Shown here in pieces: positions 19,456 to 29,038 of a stretch of DNA of 41,401 nucleotides; positions within the stretch are counted from its first letter, which is position 1; the number at the start of each line of letters is the position of its first letter. The position numbers and the translations under genes are program-made. The notes beneath the pieces were generated by a model, which saw only the letters and a program-made list of their open reading frames with translations, searched no databases and was not told the DNA's origin. The DNA is from Flavobacteriales bacterium (GTDB lineage: Bacteria > Bacteroidota > Bacteroidia > NS11-12g > UBA955): assembly GCA_947463435.1 (NCBI GenBank), contig CANHTS010000003.1, positions 1 through 41,401 of the forward strand. Direction: 5' to 3'.

Positions 19456-21990
19456 ATGTTCCGGAAAACCCTGCTAAGCTTTTTCATGGTCTTGGCAGCA
19501 ACCTTTTCACTGCGCGCCCAGCAAGACACCTCAGCCTATTTCAGATACAATTTCGTTGACCCCGAGGAGTTTGTCATAAAAGACATCCGGGTAGAAGGCG
19601 CAAAATATGTGCAGGAAGCGCTGGTTGTCATCTATTCCGGGTTGTCGATCAACCAAACCATACGCATTCCGGGCGATGCCATTTCCAACGCCCTCGTCAA
19701 CCTTTGGAAACAGGAATACTTTGCCGATATTCAGGTGGGGCTCCAGCGCCTTCCAGCAAAGAAAGTAATTCTGACCTTCTATGTAACCGAACGCCCGAGA
19801 CTGAGTAAGTTCAGCATCAAAGGCCTTAAAACCGGTGAATCGAAAAACCTGCGGGAAGAAATCACCCTGAAAAGCAATAATATCATCACCCAAAACCTGC
19901 TGAACAAGACCCGGCAGGAAATCAAAGAATACTACGACAAGAAAGGTTACTTCAACGCCGATGCTGAGTTTTCACGTGAGCCTGACCCTGCTAAACCAAA
20001 CTTCGAAATCATTCGCATCAAGGTTACCAAAGGCGAGAAGGTGAAGATTGAAGATATCGTTTTCAGCGGGAACAGCGCTTTAACAGAAACGATACTGCTC
20101 AAGTCGCTCAAGAAAACCAAGCGTCTCAAAGGCAAAATCAATCCTTTCGTTTCCAGCCGCTTTATTGAAGAGAAGTACCGCGAGGATCTCGACAAGCTGC
20201 TCGTTCGCTATTACGAGAAGGGCTACCGCGATGCAGAAATCGAATTTGACGATATCGAGCGGATTTCTGGCAACCGCATCGTCGTCAAGATTGGCATTTC
20301 AGAAGGAAATCAGTACCGCTTTGGCAAGATCAGCTGGCGCGGCAATACCAAATTCAGAAGCGGGATGCTCGATACCCTGCTGGGCATCAAACGCGGCGAT
20401 ATCTACAATCAAAGCTTGTTGGAAGAAAAGCTGTTTGCCAATTCAGGCGGTTTCGATATCCAAAGCCTCTACATGGACGATGGCTATCTTTTCTTCAACA
20501 TGCAGCCCATCGAAACCGGTGTGCGCGGAGATTCGATCGATATTGAAATCCGCATGTTCGAAGGCGAACAGGCCCGCGTAAACCGCGTAACCGTAAGTGG
20601 CAACACCAAAACGAGCGACCATGTAATCCTGCGCGAAATCCGCACAAAGCCGGGTGACAAATTCAGCCGCAGCGATATACAGCGAACCATGCGCGAACTG
20701 GCGCAGCTGGGGTATTTTGATCCGGAACAAATGGGCGTTGACCCTGTGCCGAATCCGGCCGATGGAACTGTCGACATCAACTACAAGGTTGCCGAAAAGC
20801 CCAGCGACCAGATCGAACTCTCCGGTGGCTGGGGTGCCAATGGCTTTACAGGCAGACCGGCATTGCTCGGCACGGCCGGCATCACGCTCAACAACTTCAG
20901 TATCCGCAAGCTGGGCAAACCTGAACTGTGGAACCCGATTCCCAGTGGCGATGGGCAACGTCTTTCCATTCGCGCCCAGAGCAATGGTACCTTCTACCAG
21001 GGTTATAACTTCAGCTTCACTGAACCTTGGCTGGGCGGCAAGAAACCGAATTCTTTCTCCGTCAGCTTGTTCCATACCGTTAACCAATACGATTGGGCCG
21101 TGCGCACCGATCCGAGCCGCAGGGTGCTGATGAACACCGGCGCCTCTGTTTCCCTTGGCAAACGCCTGCGCTGGCCAGACGATTTCTTCAGCCTGCAATA
21201 CGTGCTTAGTTTTCAGCGCTATAAGTTCCAGAATCTCGCAGGTTCGGGTTTTGGTTTCCCGCGCGAATTCCAAAACGGTACATCCTTCACACCGAGCCTG
21301 CAATTGGTGCTGACGCGTAACTCGGTCAGCAACCCGATCTATCCGGAAAGTGGAAGCCAAATCACCATGAGCGTTCAGGCTACACCTCCATTCTCTGTAT
21401 TCAGCAACAAAGATTACGCTTCCCTTCCATCGGCAGAGAAATACAAGTGGATTGAGTATCATAAATGGAAATTCGATGCCTCGGTTTACACCCAGCTTTT
21501 CAAGAATTGTGTATTGGCTACACAGGTGCGTTTCGGTTTCCTCGGCTTTTACAACCAGGATCTGGGCATGACATTCTTCGAGCGTTTCCGTCTGGGAGGT
21601 AGTGGACTCTTTGGTTTCTCGCTGGCAGGTACCGAAATCATCTCACAGCGCGGTTATGATAACTTTACCGTGAGCGATGCCGCAAGCCGCAGTGAAATTG
21701 GGGTTCCGATCTACAATAAGTTCACCACCGAAATCCGCTATGCCATCAGCAAGAACCCGACGGCAACGGCTTATGCCCATATCTTCGGTGAGGCGGGCAA
21801 TGCCTATGTGAACTTCAGAAGCTATAACCCAACGCAAGATTTGCGCAGGGCTGTAGGTGTAGGTGTTCGTCTCTTCATGCCCATGTTCGGTATGATAGGT
21901 CTCGATTATGCCTACGGTTTCGATTGGCGTCAGGTGGCCGGCAATTCAAAACCCGGTCAATTCCACTTCTTCCTCGGCCAGCAATTCTAA
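19456..21990 (+). CDS. bamA: Outer membrane protein assembly factor BamA
   Basis: Signal peptide, POTRA repeats (GNTKTSDHVILRE), barrel motifs (FTEPWLGG, QRGY, GVGVR) and terminal FFLGQQF. Follows uppS. Confidence 0.95.
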   Translation: MFRKTLLSFFMVLAATFSLRAQQDTSAYFRYNFVDPEEFVIKDIRVEGAKYVQEALVVIYSGLSINQTIRIPGDAISNALVNLWKQEYFADIQVGLQRLPAKKVILTFYVTERPRLSKFSIKGLKTGESKNLREEITLKSNNIITQNLLNKTRQEIKEYYDKKGYFNADAEFSREPDPAKPNFEIIRIKVTKGEKVKIEDIVFSGNSALTETILLKSLKKTKRLKGKINPFVSSRFIEEKYREDLDKLLVRYYEKGYRDAEIEFDDIERISGNRIVVKIGISEGNQYRFGKISWRGNTKFRSGMLDTLLGIKRGDIYNQSLLEEKLFANSGGFDIQSLYMDDGYLFFNMQPIETGVRGDSIDIEIRMFEGEQARVNRVTVSGNTKTSDHVILREIRTKPGDKFSRSDIQRTMRELAQLGYFDPEQMGVDPVPNPADGTVDINYKVAEKPSDQIELSGGWGANGFTGRPALLGTAGITLNNFSIRKLGKPELWNPIPSGDGQRLSIRAQSNGTFYQGYNFSFTEPWLGGKKPNSFSVSLFHTVNQYDWAVRTDPSRRVLMNTGASVSLGKRLRWPDDFFSLQYVLSFQRYKFQNLAGSGFGFPREFQNGTSFTPSLQLVLTRNSVSNPIYPESGSQITMSVQATPPFSVFSNKDYASLPSAEKYKWIEYHKWKFDASVYTQLFKNCVLATQVRFGFLGFYNQDLGMTFFERFRLGGSGLFGFSLAGTEIISQRGYDNFTVSDAASRSEIGVPIYNKFTTEIRYAISKNPTATAYAHIFGEAGNAYVNFRSYNPTQDLRRAVGVGVRLFMPMFGMIGLDYAYGFDWRQVAGNSKPGQFHFFLGQQF

Positions 21991-22052
21991 AAAAGGGCGA
22001 TATTTGGTAATGTATGGGCGCTTTTTTACGCCCTGTTACCAAAGTCCTCCCG

Positions 22053-22781
22053 ATGCATGAGCTGACCCTTTTGTTGCAAGAAATCCAGGCTGAGGTACCC
22101 GGTTTCTTGTTGCAGTTCCCCGAATCAGATGCCATTCACCGTTTCCGTGTCAGAATAAAGCAATTGCGTGCGCTGGAAAGGTTGCAGCGGCAGGAAATAG
22201 CCTGGCGTTCCATTTTGGATGTCTACCGCGCAGCGGGAGCCATTCGCGATCTGGAACATCGACTGCATTTCACGAAAAAAGAGCTTGGCACCGGGCATGT
22301 ATTGTACCGCCATTTGCTCCAAACCAGGCCGGAACGATTGCAGAGTCTGAATGGAGCCTTAAGGGAATTTGACGGGCGTTCGTTCGTTGCTGCCCTTCAG
22401 AGCCTTGAATCAGATCTTTCAAAGCTGGAAGATCCGGAAAACAAGGTATGGATAACATGCCGGAGCTGGCTGCGAAAAGCGCGATTCCGGCTTCGCAAAT
22501 CAAGTCGGAAGAAAGAAGCACTGCATGCAGCACGCAAAGCGCTGAAGCAGTCTTTACACCTTCTGCAATGCTTTCATACGGCAGAGAAAATCGAACCGTT
22601 GCGTGATCTGGAGCAGGATATCGGCAGTTGGCACGATGAATGGGATTGGTGCCGACAAGCCGCCGAAGTAATGGGCAGCTCAGGTAAGGAAGCGTTTCCC
22701 GACAAACAGGCCAATCTGCAAAAAGTACGGCGCATGTTGCGCAAGCGGGTGCTAAGCTTCAGGCTGCGGCAATTGCGCTAA
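22053..22781 (+). CDS. CHAD domain protein
   Basis: Motifs AIHRFRVRIKQLRA, AGAIRDL, LHAARKALK and IGSWHD. The start is either 22014 or 22053. Confidence 0.85.
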   Translation: MHELTLLLQEIQAEVPGFLLQFPESDAIHRFRVRIKQLRALERLQRQEIAWRSILDVYRAAGAIRDLEHRLHFTKKELGTGHVLYRHLLQTRPERLQSLNGALREFDGRSFVAALQSLESDLSKLEDPENKVWITCRSWLRKARFRLRKSSRKKEALHAARKALKQSLHLLQCFHTAEKIEPLRDLEQDIGSWHDEWDWCRQAAEVMGSSGKEAFPDKQANLQKVRRMLRKRVLSFRLRQLR

Positions 22782-22787
22782 GCTCGA

Positions 22788-23831
22788 TTAGAACGCTTCA
22801 CCAAAGGCGATGTAGAAACCGCTTTGACCGTGGGCGCCCCAGGCATAATCCAGGCGCAGGTTCACCCTGGCGGCGCGGTCTGCCAGGAAACGTAAACCCA
22901 AGCCGGCATTCGGTTTGATAGCCTGGAACATCGATTCTCTACCTGTAATTGTGTTGCCGGCACCGCCGAAAGCCGCAAGGCCCCAGCGGCGGTAAACAGT
23001 GCGTCTTATTTCCATTTGCAGCAGTGCGAGGTGTTGTCCGCGGAAGCGCCCCAGGAAATAACCGCGCGCCGCATCACCTCCATACAATGGCAAGTCGAAG
23101 AAGGGGGTCAGTTTGCCGGAATGGTGATAGAATCCACGGAATGCAATGGTGCCTTCGGAAATCGGAAAATAATGCCGGTAATCGAGTTGAAGCTTTGGAA
23201 AGTTCCCGCCTGTCCAGCGGTTAATACCCATTTGTAACCTGAACATCCGGCCGCTTCCGGCATTGAGTTGATTGTCGCGATGATCGCTAAGGTATGTCCA
23301 GCCGAAACCGCCTGCACGCCCGGGAGCAAGGGTAGTGAAAAGCGCAGTATCGCCTTCCATAAAAGAAAAGTTGCGTTGTTGATGGAAACGGAGATCGGGG
23401 CCAGCGAACAGCTTGGGCTTCAGACGGAACAACCAGGCAAACTGGGCTGAGCTGCGCTGGCCTGAATAACGCAGGCGTTGCAGGTCGGAAGTGCCGGCGC
23501 CAATTCCCCAATAGTAGTCGGGATAAAAGGTGTGCAATAATTGGGTTTTCAATACCGCTTTTTCGTCTCTGAGGAACCAATCGCATTCAGCCAGTAAAAT
23601 GCGTTGGCGGTTGCGGGTGAAGCTGATATCGATTTTGGCGGATGAAATGCGCGCCAGGCTGTCGGGTCTGTAAGCCAACTGCACCACAGCGCCTGCATAG
23701 GCGCGTGTTTCAGGTGTATAACCAAGCGTAGGAACCGGCAGGATGCTCGTCTTGCGAAAGCTGCTATCGGCGCTAAGCAGCGCAGGAGAGGCAAGCGTCA
23801 GGCAAGCTACGAATCGGTAAAACCCGGACAT
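22788..23831 (-). CDS. Omp85/BamA-TamA family beta-barrel without POTRA domains
   Basis: Motifs LPVP.LGYTPET, DHRDN, ARGYFLGRFR, GLGLRF and LRLDYAWG, with terminal FGEAF. The ATG at 23831 is preferred over the TTG at 23852. Confidence 0.85.
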   Translation of the reverse strand: MSGFYRFVACLTLASPALLSADSSFRKTSILPVPTLGYTPETRAYAGAVVQLAYRPDSLARISSAKIDISFTRNRQRILLAECDWFLRDEKAVLKTQLLHTFYPDYYWGIGAGTSDLQRLRYSGQRSSAQFAWLFRLKPKLFAGPDLRFHQQRNFSFMEGDTALFTTLAPGRAGGFGWTYLSDHRDNQLNAGSGRMFRLQMGINRWTGGNFPKLQLDYRHYFPISEGTIAFRGFYHHSGKLTPFFDLPLYGGDAARGYFLGRFRGQHLALLQMEIRRTVYRRWGLAAFGGAGNTITGRESMFQAIKPNAGLGLRFLADRAARVNLRLDYAWGAHGQSGFYIAFGEAF

Positions 23832-23833
23832 AC

Positions 23834-24466
23834 TCAACCAACAGGCCGCCAAATGCGGACGGGCGCTTCGATGCCAAAGCTGCGCTTGATGGCCGAACGC
23901 AGAAAAATGGCGGTTTCAATGCCTTCGTTCTGTAAAAAGGTTTGCAAACCTGCCTCGCCTGCCGCCATCATATCAATCATGTCTAATCTCCATAAGCCTT
24001 CTTTGTCGAAGCGCAGACTGAGTTTGCTTTGCTGCCCGTCAAACCAGAGGGGAACCTTCGCCATACTTCCTTTTATATGCGGATATCCCAATACGGCGCG
24101 GTCTAAGCCTGCAACGCCCACCATGCCATTGCGGATTCCAAAGGCAAGCAGGTCTTTGCCGCGCATTACGCGGATTTCGCTTTCCGGAACCTGCAAACGG
24201 ATGGCCAAAACCAGCAATTGACTCATGACGCCGTGGCGGCTCAGGGCCGCGCTGTCGGCAAAACGCACTACCTGCAGCATTGAATCGTAGTAGCCGGTAG
24301 TACGCCGGTTGAGTTGCGCTATGGCCTGGTCTGCGTCGCGATTCTGCAACGCAGTCCGGTAATTTTGAAAGATGCGTTGCAGTTCGGCGCTGTCGGTCTG
24401 GGCCTGCAAGGAATATTGGCCGCCAATCAGCCCAATGAAGAACAGTACGCGAAACAACAAACGCAT
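23834..24466 (-). CDS. Secreted hypothetical protein
   Basis: Signal peptide (MRLLFRVLFFIGLIGGQYSLQAQ). Co-oriented between pgk and the Omp85 gene. The layout is NTF2/DUF4878-like (inference). Confidence 0.7.
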   Translation of the reverse strand: MRLLFRVLFFIGLIGGQYSLQAQTDSAELQRIFQNYRTALQNRDADQAIAQLNRRTTGYYDSMLQVVRFADSAALSRHGVMSQLLVLAIRLQVPESEIRVMRGKDLLAFGIRNGMVGVAGLDRAVLGYPHIKGSMAKVPLWFDGQQSKLSLRFDKEGLWRLDMIDMMAAGEAGLQTFLQNEGIETAIFLRSAIKRSFGIEAPVRIWRPVG

Positions 24467-24488
24467 CTTTCCGGGTTTCTTTAGTTGT

Positions 24489-25700
24489 TCAGGAATTGGC
24501 AGCCTCTTCGCCTTCATTCACTGCCGCGATGCCCGGCAGCACTTTTCCTTCGAAATACTCGAGCAAGGCGCCACCACCGGTGCTCACATAGCTCACCCGT
24601 TCGGCCAGCCCGAACTGGTAGATGGCAGCCGCGCTATCGCCTCCGCCAATCAAGGTAAAGGCGCCTTTACCTGTGCTTTCAGCTACCGCCTCAGCAACGG
24701 CTTTGGTGCCCTGGGCAAAATGTGGCATTTCGAACACGCCCATCGGGCCATTCCACAGCACGGTTTTGCTGTCGAGGATGATCTTGCGGTAGGCAGCAGC
24801 GGCGTCAGGCCCGATATCAAGACCCATCCATCCTTCTGGAACACTGTTGCTGGAAGCGCTGCGGCGGTTGGCGTCGTTGCTGAATGCATCCGCACAAACA
24901 CTGTCTGCCGGCAATACAATTTGAACACCTTTGGCTTCGGCCTTCTTCATGATTTCCCGGCAGGTTTCCAGACGCTCTGTTTCGCACAGGCTGCTGCCAA
25001 TGCTTCCACCCATGGCTTTGAAGAAAGTGTAGGCCATGCCACCGCCAATCAGGATGTTATCCGCTATGCCGAGCAGGTTTTCTACAATCAGGATCTTATC
25101 ACTCACCTTAGCGCCGCCCACGATTGCGGTGAAAGGACGCGCTGGCGATTCCAACACCTTTCTGGCGTTTTCAATTTCAGCGGCCATCACATAACCGAAA
25201 CATTTCTTTCCGGGGAAATGTGCTGCGATAACAGCCGTGCTGGCATGCGCGCGGTGCGCAGTGCCGAAGGCATCATTCACGTAGAAAGTACCAAGAGCTG
25301 CGAGTTTGGCCGCAAAATCAGCATCACCTTTCTCTTCTTCCTTGTGAAAACGCAGGTTTTCAAGCAGCAATACCTGTCCGCTTTGCAAAGAAGCCGACAA
25401 CAGGCTTGCTTCCTCACCGATACAATCCGGAGCAAAAAGCACCTCAGTTTCAAGCAGCTCGGCCAGCCGCGCGCGGATGTGTGCGAGTGAAAATTTCTCT
25501 TCCGGTCCGTTCTTTGGGCGGCCCAGATGGCTCATCACGATGGGGCTGCCTCCGTCGGCGATAATCTTCTTCAGGGTGGGGATAGCCGCCCGGATACGGC
25601 TGTCGTCGGTGATTTCGAACGCAGCATTGAGGGGTACATTGAAATCGACACGGATCAGCACTTTCTGTCCGGCAAACGAATACTGGTCAACGGTTTTCAC
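24489..25700 (-). CDS. pgk: Phosphoglycerate kinase
   Basis: Motifs [42 protein letters not shown] and STGGGA. GTG start at 25700. Confidence 0.98.
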   Translation of the reverse strand: MKTVDQYSFAGQKVLIRVDFNVPLNAAFEITDDSRIRAAIPTLKKIIADGGSPIVMSHLGRPKNGPEEKFSLAHIRARLAELLETEVLFAPDCIGEEASLLSASLQSGQVLLLENLRFHKEEEKGDADFAAKLAALGTFYVNDAFGTAHRAHASTAVIAAHFPGKKCFGYVMAAEIENARKVLESPARPFTAIVGGAKVSDKILIVENLLGIADNILIGGGMAYTFFKAMGGSIGSSLCETERLETCREIMKKAEAKGVQIVLPADSVCADAFSNDANRRSASSNSVPEGWMGLDIGPDAAAAYRKIILDSKTVLWNGPMGVFEMPHFAQGTKAVAEAVAESTGKGAFTLIGGGDSAAAIYQFGLAERVSYVSTGGGALLEYFEGKVLPGIAAVNEGEEAANS

Positions 25701-25704
25701 ACTG

Positions 25705-25712
25705 CAAAGGTA
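25705..25712 (-). promoter_or_regulatory. Bacteroidota -7 promoter element (TACCTTTG) for pgk
   Basis: TAnnTTTG 4 nt upstream of the GTG. Confidence 0.65.
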
Positions 25713-25733
25713 AGCAGCCTGTGGGAACAGCAT

Positions 25734-27095
25734 TCAGCGCCGTACATGCACCAAGGTAAAGCGCTTTTTACTGTACTCAAAGGTCTTGCGCCCAATATCT
25801 ATTTTGGTGCCGTCTTTGGCTTTGGACGGATTGAAAACCGGTCCGTCGGGGAAGTAAATCAGCCCGCCTGTTTTGATGGCAATATCCACCAGGTTGGCAT
25901 GAATATTCGTCTGAATATTGCAGGGAATCACATTCACCGGTTTTTTGAGGGAAACGATCAGGCGCATGTCTTTCACACCAGCCGTGTTGTCTGCGATCAT
26001 AAGCAGGGTATCTGCATCGGGAAACTCTTTGGCGGCGCGGAGCAGTGCTTCGATATTGTTTTCGGGCATATCGCCGCCGGAACCGTTGCGCATGGCCCGG
26101 TAAGCCATAGCTTTTACGCTGTCGAATTGATTGCTCGAGATGGGATAAATACCACCCGTTTTCCCTGGAACCTTCCATTCATCGGGCATATTGTCGCCAT
26201 CGTTGAAGAATAGGTATTGTCCGTTGTCGAGCAATCCGGGCCGGAGTGCAAGCCAAACCAGCATTTGTGCCGTATAGGGCGACATGCTGGCGGTTACATC
26301 CTGTACCACGGCCTTGGTTTTAGGTGATGGAAGGCGGTTAAGCGTTTGCAGGAGGAAGGTATCAGGAAGGAAGGAGGCGTCAAAATCGCGCTTCTGGACG
26401 GTATAACCGCCTTTTCGGCCGCGTTCAACGCTGTCACGCCGAACTTTCATCTCCGGTTCCCTGAACCAGATACCGGGTTTGTCATAGCGGAATCCACTCT
26501 TGCGTTTCTTGAGGTTACGCGGCAGATATTTTCCGGTTGGCGTTCGCACTTTCTTGATTTTGTAATCAATCTCCAGCGGAATATCGATGCTCGTATCGTA
26601 CACACTGCGCAATACCCGTTCGATGATATCAATTTCCATCCTTGATTCTGGCCTTGGCGAAGGGTTGCGCTTCATCACCACTACAAAACCATGAAAACAG
26701 CGGGCTGCATTTTCGCGGGTAACGGCATTGCGTTGTTCAAGCACTTCCCAGCGTATTTCGCCGCGCGAGAGTATGCCAGGTATCTGTTTTTCCAGTATTT
26801 GCAGCCGCTGCCGATTTAGCTCCGGCTGGTCGAAGTCTTCCAATTCGCGGAAGCGCGTATAGACCAGTTTGATGGCTGCAACGCTGTCGGGTTTCAATCC
26901 TTTGAATTCGGTCGGATTTACAAATTGTGCGCCGGCAAAGTCCATGCTCAGCAGGCGCATGGAGGAAGGTAGTCGGCTCGTGCCCAATTCGCCCACTATG
27001 TCGGGTTTGATGGCCATGATGGCTTCAATCCGGCTGTTTTGCGCTTGCAGGAAGAAAGGCAGAAACACAAAAAATATCAAACAGCGACGGGCCAC
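25734..27095 (-). CDS. Secreted hypothetical protein with C-terminal vWA-like domain
   Basis: Signal peptide, MIDAS-like VVQDVTASM, FFNDGD, GGDMPENNIEAL, MIADN and IAIKTGG. Confidence 0.75.
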   Translation of the reverse strand: MARRCLIFFVFLPFFLQAQNSRIEAIMAIKPDIVGELGTSRLPSSMRLLSMDFAGAQFVNPTEFKGLKPDSVAAIKLVYTRFRELEDFDQPELNRQRLQILEKQIPGILSRGEIRWEVLEQRNAVTRENAARCFHGFVVVMKRNPSPRPESRMEIDIIERVLRSVYDTSIDIPLEIDYKIKKVRTPTGKYLPRNLKKRKSGFRYDKPGIWFREPEMKVRRDSVERGRKGGYTVQKRDFDASFLPDTFLLQTLNRLPSPKTKAVVQDVTASMSPYTAQMLVWLALRPGLLDNGQYLFFNDGDNMPDEWKVPGKTGGIYPISSNQFDSVKAMAYRAMRNGSGGDMPENNIEALLRAAKEFPDADTLLMIADNTAGVKDMRLIVSLKKPVNVIPCNIQTNIHANLVDIAIKTGGLIYFPDGPVFNPSKAKDGTKIDIGRKTFEYSKKRFTLVHVRR

Positions 27096-27155
27096 ATTCT
27101 CATAACGTCAAACCCTGTGCCGTTATTGGCTGGCTTTCGAGCCCCTGCAGCAGCG

Positions 27156-27163
27156 TACCTTTG
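27156..27163 (+). promoter_or_regulatory. Bacteroidota -7 promoter element (TACCTTTG) for the M16 peptidase
   Basis: TAnnTTTG 6 nt upstream of the ATG at 27170. Confidence 0.65.
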
Positions 27164-27169
27164 CGTTTC

Positions 27170-28408
27170 ATGGCAGCACCTGAATACCGCCTCCATACCT
27201 TTTCCAACGGCCTGCGCATGGTGCACAAGCGTGTCGGCGGCACGCGACTCGTTCATCTCGGTTATGTGATCAATGCGGGTTCCCGGCACGATGGCGCGCA
27301 TCCGGGCCTGGCGCATTGCTTCGAACACATGATGTTCAAGGGCACGGAAAAACGCAAAGCCATACACGTTCTGAACAGGCTTGAAACCGTGGGCGGCGAA
27401 CTCAACGCCTTCACTACCAAAGAAATCACGAGTATTTACGCCAGTGTGATGACGGCACATTTCAGCCGTGCGGCGGAACTGTTGACCGATGTGGCCTTTC
27501 ATTCTACTTTTCCTGAGCACGAGCTGAAGAAGGAAAAGCAGGTGATTACGGAAGAAATCAACCTGTATCTCGACACACCCGAAGAGAATATCTACGACGA
27601 ATTCCAGGAGATGGTGTTTCGCGACCATCCGCTCGCTGGAAATATTCTCGGCACGCCGGAAAGTGTGAAGGCCATGCAGCGGGAAGACATGGTTACTTTC
27701 CGGGCGAGCCATTATGGTTCATTGAACACGGTTTTCGCAGTGGTTGGAAACATCAGCTTTGAGCGGGCGATTCGCACCTTGCAGCCGCTTATGGATGCCA
27801 TTCCGGCCTATGCAAACGGCAATGGAAGGCAGCAACAAACGCTGCATTACAAGCCAGAAAGCCGCAGTACGGAAACCGAGTTTGTGCAAGGTTACGCCAT
27901 TATGGGCTGCCCGGCCTATGCCTCAGACGATAAACAGCGCTGGCCCATGAACCTGCTCAACAACCTGCTGGGGGGCCCGGGTTTGAATTCCAGGCTGAAC
28001 CTGGCCATACGCGAGAAGTATGGGTTTACCTACAGCGTGGAAAGCGGTTATGCTGCCTTTGCCGATACGGGTATGTTCCATTGCTATGTTTCAAGCGATA
28101 AGGCCCATCTCATGCGCGCCGTCTTGCTGATTGAAAAAGAACTAACCAAACTGCGCGATAAACCCTTGGGCACACTTCAGTTGCACAATGCGCGCAACCA
28201 GTTGTGCGGACAAATTGTCATGGCCGATGAAAACCGCAGCGGGCTGATGATGCATCTGGGTAAGCACATTGTGCAGCGCGGCTCGGCAGAATCGCTCGAC
28301 CAGGTGTTGAAGCATATCCAAAATATCAGCGCCACACAGCTCACTGAAGTGGCACGTGAGGTATTCGATCCGGCAAGGCTCAGTTATCTGCTGTACCTTC
28401 CGGCATGA
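27170..28408 (+). CDS. M16 (pitrilysin/MPP-like) zinc peptidase
   Basis: Inverzincin motif HCFEHMMFKGT, GGELNAFT and LGG.GLNSRL...IREKYG. Confidence 0.95.
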   Translation: MAAPEYRLHTFSNGLRMVHKRVGGTRLVHLGYVINAGSRHDGAHPGLAHCFEHMMFKGTEKRKAIHVLNRLETVGGELNAFTTKEITSIYASVMTAHFSRAAELLTDVAFHSTFPEHELKKEKQVITEEINLYLDTPEENIYDEFQEMVFRDHPLAGNILGTPESVKAMQREDMVTFRASHYGSLNTVFAVVGNISFERAIRTLQPLMDAIPAYANGNGRQQQTLHYKPESRSTETEFVQGYAIMGCPAYASDDKQRWPMNLLNNLLGGPGLNSRLNLAIREKYGFTYSVESGYAAFADTGMFHCYVSSDKAHLMRAVLLIEKELTKLRDKPLGTLQLHNARNQLCGQIVMADENRSGLMMHLGKHIVQRGSAESLDQVLKHIQNISATQLTEVAREVFDPARLSYLLYLPA

Positions 28409-29034
28409 TTCCGGCGCACATACGGAAAATGCTGCTCGGCGGCGAAAGTGAGGTGCTCGATTTCAAGCAAACCATCAGCAGCGCGGCGAAAATTGCCAAG
28501 ACGATGGTGAGCTTTGCCAACCACAAAGGGGGAACCATATTGGTTGGAATTCGCGACAATGCAACAGTCTCTGGTATACGCAGCGAAGACGAGAAATACA
28601 TGCTCGACCTCGCTGCGGGTTTTTTCTGTAAGCCTGAAGTATCACTCATCATTCACGAACATGAGGCGGAAGGGAAAACCATCCTGGAGGCTATCGTTCC
28701 GGAAGGTCCTTCCAAGCCCTATTACGCAAAGGGAGAAGATGGTAAGTGGTGGGTTTATGTGCGTGTGGCCGATCAATGCATTCTTGCCAGCAAGGTGACG
28801 ATCGACGTCATGAAGCGCCGTTCGGGTGAAAAGCCAACCAAACTCCAATATACCCCGCTCGAGCAACAGCTCTTGAAAGCTATCGAAATGCAGGGCCGCA
28901 TTACCATGCCCGAGGTTTGTGCATCTTTCAATATCAGCCGCCGACGCGCAACGCGCATGCTGGTGAACTTGCTGAGCATAGGCGTATTGCGCAGCCATAC
29001 CACAGAGAAGATAGAGTTTTATACCCTGGCCTGA
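28405..29034 (+). CDS. Schlafen/AlbA_2 domain protein with C-terminal wHTH-like region
   Basis: Motifs GESEVLDFK, SFANHKGGTILVGIRD and KPYY...YVR, plus a C-terminal helix-turn-helix pattern. ATGA overlap with the M16 gene. Confidence 0.88.
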   Translation: MIPAHIRKMLLGGESEVLDFKQTISSAAKIAKTMVSFANHKGGTILVGIRDNATVSGIRSEDEKYMLDLAAGFFCKPEVSLIIHEHEAEGKTILEAIVPEGPSKPYYAKGEDGKWWVYVRVADQCILASKVTIDVMKRRSGEKPTKLQYTPLEQQLLKAIEMQGRITMPEVCASFNISRRRATRMLVNLLSIGVLRSHTTEKIEFYTLA

Positions 29035-29038
29035 AGAT

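Noticed and set aside
20443-21462. 339-aa - strand ORF
   Set aside because: It is an antisense shadow of bamA.
24372-25490. 372-aa + strand ORF
   Set aside because: It is an antisense shadow of pgk with no protein-like motifs.
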